A stretch of DNA of 24,000 bases from an uncultured archaeon (GCA_964590855.1 CAZPXJ010000004.1:27715-51714); one strand, 5' to 3'. Shown: positions 14,139-21,442, counted from the stretch's first letter. The notes: a model not told the origin generated them from the letters alone. A program made the numbers and translations.

Positions 14139-14897
14139 TCATAATTGAAATTCTGCTGGATCTGGTTCTACAAAAGTTCTGAAATGTTTTGGCCTATACA
14201 CGTAGGATGCATATATTGGTATTCCTCTCTTAACAGTTTTCCATTTATTTTGAGGTTCGCCTAATCTTAAGTTAGGTATTTCCTCATATTTCTCATTAAA
14301 TTCCCATCTTCCGTCTTCCAATCTTTTGTAGCATGTACCTTTTGTTCTTTCAAATTCCTCTGTAATTTCTTTTGCCTCATCTGCTCTTATCCTAGCTATA
14401 ATTGTTCTCTTATCGCTTGGATTTATTATTGAAACGCCATATACAGGAGGAATTATGATTGCATCAAATTTCTGAGCCCTTATCATGATAACGTCTTTTA
14501 CTTGTTCATGTTTTTCGCCAGGTTGTTGTAATAGAATTTCTGCATATCCATCTACAACTTGGTAGATTTCAGGATAAGTATAACCATTATCTGCTAAGGA
14601 TCTATAATATCCACCAGTACTCTTATAGCTATCACCCAATTTACCAGCTTGAACTATTACAACATCAAACCGGATATCACCCCACAGTTCTTTATCCACT
14701 ATCCGTTTAATTCCCTCATATACTCTAAATACTTCTTCTTCCTCACTCTTACCTTCCCATTCTTGATGACCTAAATTTGATTCTAAGTCTTTCACTTTGT
14801 AAACTAATAGGTTCTCCACACTAATTTCGTTGTTATCATAAATGAGCGCTACTTCATCACTCTCTACAGCCAACCCAAGACTTTCCCTTAAATCCAT
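14139..14897 (-). CDS. Cupin-fold protein related to archaeal cupin-type phosphoglucose isomerase, apparently lacking the metal-binding histidines
   Basis: The 252-aa core is DIRFDVVIVQAGKLGDSYKSTGGYYRSL...PEIYQVVDGYAEILLQ...AIIIPPVYGVSIIN. It aligns, from my memory of Pyrococcus cPGI, with DLNFATTVLYPGKVGKEFFFTKGHFHAK...AEVYVALKGKGGMLLQ...VVYVPPYWAHRTVN. Confidence 0.5.
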   Translation of the reverse strand: MDLRESLGLAVESDEVALIYDNNEISVENLLVYKVKDLESNLGHQEWEGKSEEEEVFRVYEGIKRIVDKELWGDIRFDVVIVQAGKLGDSYKSTGGYYRSLADNGYTYPEIYQVVDGYAEILLQQPGEKHEQVKDVIMIRAQKFDAIIIPPVYGVSIINPSDKRTIIARIRADEAKEITEEFERTKGTCYKRLEDGRWEFNEKYEEIPNLRLGEPQNKWKTVKRGIPIYASYVYRPKHFRTFVEPDPAEFQL

Positions 14898-14921
14898 CTA
14901 TCTCTTCTCATTTAATTTCAT

Positions 14922-15290
14922 TTACAGACTATAGAAATGATCTTCACCATCTTCGGTTATTTTCCAACTATCCAATGACCCAACTTGGAATTTTTTGAGA
15001 AATTCCTTCTCTGTTAGCTCATCTAAAACTTCCATAATCATTTCATGTTCAGCTTTTTCACCTCTGGGAGAGTATAAATTATTTACTTGAAAGGTTATAT
15101 CAGAGATGTTTAACCCCCTATTCAAAGACACGAAAATATCCAATAAGTCTACTTTGACCTGTTCTTTAGTTACCATACTAATCAACATAATATTATCTAA
15201 ATCTTCTAAAAATTTTTCTCTGAATTTCAAAAAATCGTCTATCCAAAAAGATAATAAGAATTCCCCTTTTGATATCTCAATCAAAATCAT
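14922..15290 (-). CDS. Hypothetical protein, possible C-terminal winged-helix
   Basis: The 122-aa ORF starts at ATG and lies 24 nt upstream of the cupin gene on the same strand. The C-terminal segment MIMEVLDELTEKEFLKKFQVGSLDSWKITEDGEDHF resembles a wHTH recognition-helix/wing segment. The start is uncertain, and an internal Met at 15191 is possible. Confidence 0.4.
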   Translation of the reverse strand: MILIEISKGEFLLSFWIDDFLKFREKFLEDLDNIMLISMVTKEQVKVDLLDIFVSLNRGLNISDITFQVNNLYSPRGEKAEHEMIMEVLDELTEKEFLKKFQVGSLDSWKITEDGEDHFYSL

Positions 15291-15337
15291 CAGTTAACTG
15301 GAGATTTTCACTGTATCTTGTATCTGAGGAGAATAAA

Positions 15338-16606
15338 ATGACACAACAAGAAGAGAAGAAAAGAACATCTGTTGAAAGATATATGTTGAAACACGAAATA
15401 GAGAAACTAGAAGCCAGAAGAAGTTTCAATATGTCTACAAGTTTAATCTCCTTATACATTCCACCAGGTACAAGAATTCCAGATATTACATCACAGCTAA
15501 AAAATGAATATGGTACTGCCACAAATATCAAAGATAAAAGCACAGGTAAGGCAATACAAACTGCCATATCATCAATATTATCTAGGATGAAGAATATCCA
15601 GAATGCTGGTGAAAATGGTTTAGTTATTTTCTGTGGAATAACTCAGAATAACAAAACAGAGTATTTTGCTATTGAACCTCCAGAACCAGTTGGTATTAAG
15701 CTATATCGTTGTGATCATATTTTCCTTGTTGACCACTTAAAGGAGATTTTAGAAACCAAAAAACGTTATGGATTAGTAATTGTAGCAAGGGGGGGTTCTA
15801 CAATTGCATCTGTTCAAGGCACAAAAGTTGACATCCACTGGGATGAAGATTCACATGTTCCAGGGAAACATAGAATGGGTGGTCAATCAGCTGCACGTTT
15901 TCAAAGAGCTACAGATGAAGCAGCAAAGGCATGGTACGCTAAAACGGCTATCAAGATGAACGAAATATACTTGGAAAATAATCCTGTCGAAGCTATAATT
16001 GTAGGTGGTCCTGCTCTTTCCAGATCAAGATTTTTGGACAATAAAGAAGTTGACTTTCGTTTGCAAGATAAGGTCATTGGAGTATACGATGTTGGATATG
16101 AAGGATTACAAGGTATTAGGGAATTGTTAGAAAAAGCAGAAGATAAATTAGGAGATTTTGAGATTATAAGTGAAAAGAAATTGATGCAGAGTTTTATGGA
16201 ACATTTGGGAAAAGACTCAGGATTAGCTACTTATGGAGAAAAATTCGTTAGAGAAGCTTTAGAAAAAGGTGCTGTTGAAACTTTACTTGTTAGTGAAGAC
16301 GTTGACCGCATTAGACTTGAAATTAAGTGTGACAACTGTGATTATACAACTGAAGAATCCGTCAAAGCAACAAACTACAATGAGTTTATTAAGAATCTTT
16401 CAGAAAGAAATTGTCCCGAATGCAGTAATTCTAGAATGTATATTGAGAGTGAAATGGATTTGATTACTGAATTAAACGAACTTGCAGAAAAATCCGATAC
16501 TACTCTTGAAGTAATATCATCAGACCATGATGATGGAGCTATGCTCTATAATACATTTGGAGGAATCGCAGCAATTTTGCGTTACAAGTTTTATGATGGG
16601 TATTAG
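15338..16606 (+). CDS. prf1: Peptide chain release factor aRF1
   Basis: The product has LISLYIPPGTRIPDITSQLKNEYGTATNIKDKSTGKAIQ (the NIKS-loop region), YRCDHIF (YxCxxxF) and HRMGGQSAARFQR (GGQ). The C-domain carries a CxxC...CxxC mini-insert. The ATG at 15338 is preceded by GAGGAG, and the track's upstream extension overlaps the divergent gene. Confidence 0.92.
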   Translation: MTQQEEKKRTSVERYMLKHEIEKLEARRSFNMSTSLISLYIPPGTRIPDITSQLKNEYGTATNIKDKSTGKAIQTAISSILSRMKNIQNAGENGLVIFCGITQNNKTEYFAIEPPEPVGIKLYRCDHIFLVDHLKEILETKKRYGLVIVARGGSTIASVQGTKVDIHWDEDSHVPGKHRMGGQSAARFQRATDEAAKAWYAKTAIKMNEIYLENNPVEAIIVGGPALSRSRFLDNKEVDFRLQDKVIGVYDVGYEGLQGIRELLEKAEDKLGDFEIISEKKLMQSFMEHLGKDSGLATYGEKFVREALEKGAVETLLVSEDVDRIRLEIKCDNCDYTTEESVKATNYNEFIKNLSERNCPECSNSRMYIESEMDLITELNELAEKSDTTLEVISSDHDDGAMLYNTFGGIAAILRYKFYDGY

Positions 16607-16618
16607 AAAGAAAAAAGA

Positions 16619-17308
16619 TTAGTCAGTCACTAATGTTCCTACTGGTTCGCCTTTTATTGCTTTGTAAATATTAGCTGGATCATGACCGTTTGCAAATACT
16701 ACTTTTAATCTAGATCTTTTAATTATTTCACAACCTACTTTGTCGAACAATGCATACTTTCCTGGTTCCTCTTCCTGTTTTGAGATTATATGTAGAAATT
16801 CTTCAGGAGTAATTTTATCTAATTCTTTAGCATCTGGAAACTTCTTTGGATCTTTATCAAACACCTTATCCACGTTTGTGAGATTGATTAGTAAATCAGC
16901 GCCCCAGTATTCTGCAACAAGAGCTGCAACTGCACTAGTTGACTGTCCTGGTTGTAATCCTCCAGTGACTACAATTTTATCAGTTGAAAGCGCTCTTCCT
17001 ACATCTTCAAAAGATCTGGGAACTAGTAAGTAAGCTTTATTCTTTAATGAAGCTATAACTAGTAGTGCATGAATTCTAGTAGATTCAACTGCAAGTATGT
17101 CTTTCATTGTAGCAGTATGACCAAGAACATGACTTGCTTGAATGATAACTCTAGCTAATTTTCCACCACCAACAACTATAGCTACCTTATAACCATCCTC
17201 GTGAAGTTTTACAATAGTATCAACTATAGACTGAATACTATCGATATTCAAATCCATATTATCTTTGTACAAAACTGATCCACCAAATTTTATTACAATC
17301 TTCTTCAT
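16619..17308 (-). CDS. pyrH: UMP kinase (archaeal type)
   Basis: The 229-aa product belongs to the amino-acid-kinase family. MKKIVIKFGGSVL...VAIVVGGGKLAR...VTGGLQPGQSTSAVAALVAEYWGADLLINLTNVDKVFDKDPKKFPDAK is closely parallel to the Pyrococcus PyrH layout. Confidence 0.88.
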   Translation of the reverse strand: MKKIVIKFGGSVLYKDNMDLNIDSIQSIVDTIVKLHEDGYKVAIVVGGGKLARVIIQASHVLGHTATMKDILAVESTRIHALLVIASLKNKAYLLVPRSFEDVGRALSTDKIVVTGGLQPGQSTSAVAALVAEYWGADLLINLTNVDKVFDKDPKKFPDAKELDKITPEEFLHIISKQEEEPGKYALFDKVGCEIIKRSRLKVVFANGHDPANIYKAIKGEPVGTLVTD

Positions 17309-17449
17309 ATCTATCGCTTAAACCTACTTTGTAACTATGATAAATAATGTTTTTTCTCGATAATACTATTTTCTGGAAAAAATACTACAAAAATGAGAAC
17401 CTTTTTTAAGTAAATTTCAAAGTTGCAAACATAATAAAGAGGATTTCAA

Positions 17450-18763
17450 ATGGATATTCACGAGAAAGTTCCAATCAACAAAATATTTTCAGAAGAGTTA
17501 GAAGAAGTAACTGTAGCAGGTTGGGTTCAGCAAGTTAGGGACCTTGGAGGATTGAAATTTCTTCAACTGCAAGACAGATCTGGTATCGTTCAAATTGTAT
17601 TGCCAAAGAAGAAAGTTACTCCAGAAATATTCGAAATTGATTATCAAGAAGGAGATATATTGCTAATTAAAGGTTTAATTGTTTCAAATAACAGTGCACC
17701 TAAGGGGTTAGAAATCCTCCCTCAAGATATTCAAGTTCTAAATAAAAGAGCTCAAGAGTATCCTATAGCAATTACTGATAAAATAGAAACTAATCCAGAT
17801 AAAAGATATGATTATCGTTTCTTGGATCTCAGGAACAGAAATGTTGCTCAGATATTTGAGATTGAGAGTACTGTTGCTTATGCGTTGCAAGAGTATTTCA
17901 ATAAGAATGATTTCTTACAATTCTTCTCTTCTAAGATTGTAGGTTCTGCAACTGAAAGTGGAGCAAGTGTTTTTGAAATAGGTTACTTTGACAAAAAGGC
18001 ATACTTGGCCCAATCTCCACAATTCTATAAACAAATGATGTTAATGGCAGGATTTGAACGAGTTTTTGAGATAGGACCGGTTTTCCGAGCAGAAAAACAC
18101 CACACATCTAGACATCTATGTGAATACACCTCTATTGACTTTGAAATATCCTACATTAAGGATCAAGTTGATGTAATGAAGGTACTTCAAGGTGCAGTTG
18201 GATATGCTTTAGACACAATTAAGAAAAACAAATCACAAAGTTTAGAAGAATTAGGAGTTGTGATTGATGACCAACCAAAAGATTGGCCAATAATCTCTAT
18301 TCCTGAATGCAATGAAATTCTAAAGAACGAAGGAAAAGAATTGGGACTTTACGAAGATTTAGATGCTGAAGCAGAGACCATAATGGGTCGCTATGCAAAA
18401 GAAAAATGGAAATCAGACTTCATATTTGTTGATCAGTACCCATGGGAAGTAAGACCATTCTATACAATGAAGGATGAAGAAGACCCTAATTTGACTAAAT
18501 CATTTGACTTACTTTACAAAGGACAAGAGCTTACTACTGGAGGTCAAAGAGAACATAGGGTAGATATTCTGACAAAGCAAGCTACTGAAAAAGATTTTAA
18601 ACTGAAGGATGTAGACAGTTACCTTCAATTCTTCAGAAATGGAGCTTGTCCGCACGGTGGTAGTGGAACAGGTATTGAGCGTCTTGTTCAACAAATGCTT
18701 AACTTAAAGAATATTCGTGAAGCCCGTTTACTTCCTCGAGACCCATCAAGATTACATCCCTAA
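17450..18763 (+). CDS. aspS: Aspartyl-tRNA synthetase (archaeal/eukaryotic type, class IIb)
   Basis: The 437-aa product has an N-terminal OB fold (GWVQQVRDLGGLKFLQLQDRSGIVQIV). It also has QSPQFYKQ, motif 2 FEIGPVFRAE and motif 3 GGSGTGIERLV. Confidence 0.88.
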   Translation: MDIHEKVPINKIFSEELEEVTVAGWVQQVRDLGGLKFLQLQDRSGIVQIVLPKKKVTPEIFEIDYQEGDILLIKGLIVSNNSAPKGLEILPQDIQVLNKRAQEYPIAITDKIETNPDKRYDYRFLDLRNRNVAQIFEIESTVAYALQEYFNKNDFLQFFSSKIVGSATESGASVFEIGYFDKKAYLAQSPQFYKQMMLMAGFERVFEIGPVFRAEKHHTSRHLCEYTSIDFEISYIKDQVDVMKVLQGAVGYALDTIKKNKSQSLEELGVVIDDQPKDWPIISIPECNEILKNEGKELGLYEDLDAEAETIMGRYAKEKWKSDFIFVDQYPWEVRPFYTMKDEEDPNLTKSFDLLYKGQELTTGGQREHRVDILTKQATEKDFKLKDVDSYLQFFRNGACPHGGSGTGIERLVQQMLNLKNIREARLLPRDPSRLHP

Positions 18764-18812
18764 ACTCATAAATCCATCAGAAGAACCAACTTTAAGATAA
18801 GAATTACTTAGT

Positions 18813-18867
18813 GGAGCTAGTCCAAAAGCATTTTTTGGCGAAAGAATGCAATCAAGAAACTAGCTCC
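18813..18867. repeat. Nested inverted repeat / stem-loop between aspS and the ORFan cassette
   Basis: The outer perfect 9-bp arms are GGAGCTAGT (18813-18821) and ACTAGCTCC (18859-18867). They enclose an inner hairpin GCATTTTTT-GGCG-AAAGAATGC of 9 pairs including one G-U. A T6 run lies in the inner stem. Confidence 0.6.
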
Positions 18868-18986
18868 AAGAAAGAATAAGGTTGATTTTGTAAAATAATC
18901 TTTCTGTAAAGGAAGGAAGTTTTACTTTCACTAGACTAGTCTATTCTTGCCACGCAAGGCTTTTATTCACAGAAAACCATGTTTGC

Positions 18987-19547
18987 ATGGCGAAAGTTAT
19001 GCAGTCGAAAAAGGTAAAAGTAGACTTACAAGTAAACACCAAGGGAGAGGAAAAGGTTAACAGAATCATCTGGTGTTCAAGAGGAGAACATTGGAATAAA
19101 AGCAACTGGAAAAGAATAGACAAACCATGGACAAGAATAAAAGACGATTCTCTAAAGGAACATTTACTAAACCAACTATGGGAAGAAGTGATGGATTTAG
19201 GGAGAAGGAAAGAACCAGCATCACTAGGATATGCACACAGGTTAGAGAATTGGGAAATAGTTTCTATCATTGGGACAATGACATTTTTCCAATTGAATGA
19301 GTATCATATAGAGCAAACCAAGTTCGACTTATTTTATGCAAGATACAGAGTATTCGATTGGATAGCAACAAATCTACATGGAAGGATGGAAGGATATCCA
19401 GAAGAAGATGAAGGAGAGAGAATAAGGGCAACATGGGTAATGTGTAAATTCGCAGAAATCTACCTAAATCTGGAAGGAGATGTAAAAGCTTTCTCGGAAT
19501 ATCTGAGGTTATGGGACTTAGAGCCAGAATATGAGGAGAGAGAGTAA
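18987..19547 (+). CDS. Hypothetical W-rich protein (ORFan A), first gene of the purine-skewed cassette
   Basis: The 186-aa ORF is followed 1 nt later by the next gene (TAAAATG). I recognise no family. A TATA-like TTTTATT at 18961-18967 lies about 23 nt upstream of the ATG, so a leaderless transcript is possible. Confidence 0.55.
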   Translation: MAKVMQSKKVKVDLQVNTKGEEKVNRIIWCSRGEHWNKSNWKRIDKPWTRIKDDSLKEHLLNQLWEEVMDLGRRKEPASLGYAHRLENWEIVSIIGTMTFFQLNEYHIEQTKFDLFYARYRVFDWIATNLHGRMEGYPEEDEGERIRATWVMCKFAEIYLNLEGDVKAFSEYLRLWDLEPEYEERE

Positions 19548-19548
19548 A

Positions 19549-20205
19549 ATGAGTTCTGAGAACAAGGAAATCAAACAATGTCCAGACTACTGTGAAAAAA
19601 TAAAACATGAGCAATGTGACTGTCCATTTTGTTTTGAAAGAGAAGAGAAGGAAGAAAAAGAACCTTCCTTCACTATTTCAATAAAATATAAGGAATTTGT
19701 AGAAGAGTGGTTAAAGGAAGAAAAGATAAACCATACAATGGAAGTAGTTGAAGACTATACAAAGAAACTGGTAGAAGAAACTGGAGAAGAATTACTAAAC
19801 TATTTCTATCATAAGATTAAGGATGTATTCATTTTCGAAATATCGAATATTCACCAGTTAGAACTAATAGATAAGACAATAAGGAAAGCAGAGTGTGGAT
19901 ACTGCTCAAAGATATTGATAGTGGATTGGGATAGTTATTCATACGACCACGTAGAGTGTGGAGATTGTACATCACAAGGGAAGGAAGCATTTGTGTGTAA
20001 TGAGTGTGCAAAAACTAATGCTTACATCTGTCCTGTGTGTAAGAAGAAGGAGAACCTGTTCCCACCACCAGAGATGTGGACAGACCATCCAAACCATTGG
20101 AGCGACTGTGTGACTGAGGAAGACGAAGAAGAAAATCTGGAGGAAAGCACCCGTGGAAAGGAGAGAAGAGAGAAAAGAGGGATAAAACCCTCTTCCTCTT
20201 CTTAA
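19549..20205 (+). CDS. Hypothetical Cys-rich multi-zinc-finger protein (ORFan B)
   Basis: The N-terminal cluster is CPDYCEKIKHEQCDCPFC. The C-terminal module is CGYC-x17-CGDC-x9-CNEC-x7-CPVC, four CxxC pairs. I chose the ATG at 19549 immediately after the ORF A stop, whereas the track start at 19531 overlaps ORF A. Confidence 0.6.
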   Translation: MSSENKEIKQCPDYCEKIKHEQCDCPFCFEREEKEEKEPSFTISIKYKEFVEEWLKEEKINHTMEVVEDYTKKLVEETGEELLNYFYHKIKDVFIFEISNIHQLELIDKTIRKAECGYCSKILIVDWDSYSYDHVECGDCTSQGKEAFVCNECAKTNAYICPVCKKKENLFPPPEMWTDHPNHWSDCVTEEDEEENLEESTRGKERREKRGIKPSSSS

Positions 20206-20221
20206 TCTGGAGGAAGGGAAG

Positions 20222-21433
20222 ATGAAAGAACACACACAGAAAAGGATGGATGAATTCTACAAAGATAAAAAAGAACTGAAGGAGATAGAACAGAAGAAGG
20301 GATTGAAGAAATACAAAGTGATAGACATAAGATTGAAGGGAACAAACAAGACAGAGAAAGTAAATCATGAGGGAAAGGAACATGGAAGGATGCAAGTACT
20401 GAAAGGCAATTGTATAGATCCAGTGAGAGGATGTCCAAGTTATGCTAACCCAGAGAAACCTATGTGTCCATGGGATTGTTACTCGGAAGAAGCAGTAAGG
20501 AGATACAAGATAGATTTTGGCAAACCAATATCAATGAAACTCAAAGAAAGACTGTTAGTAAAAGACATGATAGGAACTCAATCGGATTGGATAAGGATAG
20601 GAGTAGACGGAGCACCATCATGGAATTGGGAATTAACAGTAAGATGTGCAGAGTTAGTAAATCTGGTACAGAAAGTTCCAGTGATAATAACGAGGATGTG
20701 GAGAACAATAACGATGAAGCAGTTACAGAGGCTGATAGATATAGGAACGATAATACATATAACAGTCTCAGCAGCAGACAGAGAAGAGATACTAGAAAGG
20801 AACCTAGAGATAGCTAAGGATATCAACATAATGGGAGGAAAAGTAGTATTGAGAATAGTAACATTTGCTTACAGACCCGGGGACTGCAGAGAGAAAAAAC
20901 AAGAGAAAATGATGTATCAAGAAGAGATACCAGTACTAGAACAACCAGGGAGATTGATGAGGGTAACAGAGAATACTAAGAGGAAAAATTCCCTTTGGGT
21001 TGAAATAGTCCATATAGCTGGAGGTGGTGGTTCTCCAGAAAGATACTACTTGAGAGAATTACATAAAAATCTCCCAAAAAACAAGGTTAGAACATTTTAT
21101 AGTAGAAACAAGGAAATGATGTGTTCCTGTTCATCATGTGCAAAAATCAAAGAAAAAAATGGGATCAGAATTAAATCTGTTGCAGATATCAGTAGATTCT
21201 TCGATGAGATTGACTATATGTATGATTCAAGAGAACATTTCGTGAACTCACACTCAGATGAAAGAGAACAAATACAAAAAGAGAATGTAGATATGATAGT
21301 TAAGAGATTAGAAGCAGAAGAAAGAAATGCAGAGAGATTGAATATAGCACACAACTTGGGAGAGGATATAAGTTTCTACAAGAAATGGAGAGCTAGTTTA
21401 GAGGGACTATCTCACAAAAGAAAAGAAAGTTGA
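20222..21433 (+). CDS. Hypothetical protein with Cys cluster C-x10-C-x3-C-Y and an alternating beta/alpha core; possibly radical-SAM-fold / DUF5131-like (ORFan C)
   Basis: The 403-aa ORF has GGAGG 9 nt upstream. It contains IDPVRGCPSYANPEKPMCPWDCYSEEAVRRY. Hydrophobic strand-like segments follow (WIRIGVDG, VPVIITRMW, IIHITVSAADRE, VVLRIVTFAY), separated by helical stretches. A second cluster, CSCSSC, lies near the C-terminus. Confidence 0.6.
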   Translation: MKEHTQKRMDEFYKDKKELKEIEQKKGLKKYKVIDIRLKGTNKTEKVNHEGKEHGRMQVLKGNCIDPVRGCPSYANPEKPMCPWDCYSEEAVRRYKIDFGKPISMKLKERLLVKDMIGTQSDWIRIGVDGAPSWNWELTVRCAELVNLVQKVPVIITRMWRTITMKQLQRLIDIGTIIHITVSAADREEILERNLEIAKDINIMGGKVVLRIVTFAYRPGDCREKKQEKMMYQEEIPVLEQPGRLMRVTENTKRKNSLWVEIVHIAGGGGSPERYYLRELHKNLPKNKVRTFYSRNKEMMCSCSSCAKIKEKNGIRIKSVADISRFFDEIDYMYDSREHFVNSHSDEREQIQKENVDMIVKRLEAEERNAERLNIAHNLGEDISFYKKWRASLEGLSHKRKES

Positions 21434-21442
21434 TTAAGAAAA

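Noticed and set aside
15269-15337. Upstream extension of 23 aa on the aRF1 track ORF, overlapping the divergent 122-aa gene.
   Set aside because: The ATG at 15338 is preceded by GAGGAG and yields a normal aRF1 N-terminus. The extension would overlap the start of the opposite-strand gene and is not aRF1-like.
15524-15535. Idea that NIKD in aRF1 signals stop-codon reassignment in this organism.
   Set aside because: All three stop codons terminate conserved genes at the expected lengths within this window: TAA for rpl19e, rpl6 and rps3; TAG for rpl32e, rpl5, rps4e, rpl14, rps17 and the synthetase; TGA for rpl24 and rpl22. No conserved ORF shows in-frame stops. The motif variant is kept as a finding, but the code-change interpretation is dropped.
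19267-20438. Chain of minus-strand ORFs (115, 60, 87, 126 and 78 aa) inside the cassette, rich in L/F/S/P.
   Set aside because: The purine-rich coding strand makes the complement pyrimidine-rich and therefore poor in stop codons. The products are low-complexity, mutually overlapping in different frames, and lack start contexts. The plus-strand ORFs are long, contiguous and preceded by Shine-Dalgarno sites.
20464-20817. Alternative-frame plus-strand ORF (117 aa) inside ORF C.
   Set aside because: It is entirely nested in the 403-aa ORF, has an R/S/N-rich low-complexity product and has no independent Shine-Dalgarno site. It is most simply a by-product of the purine bias.
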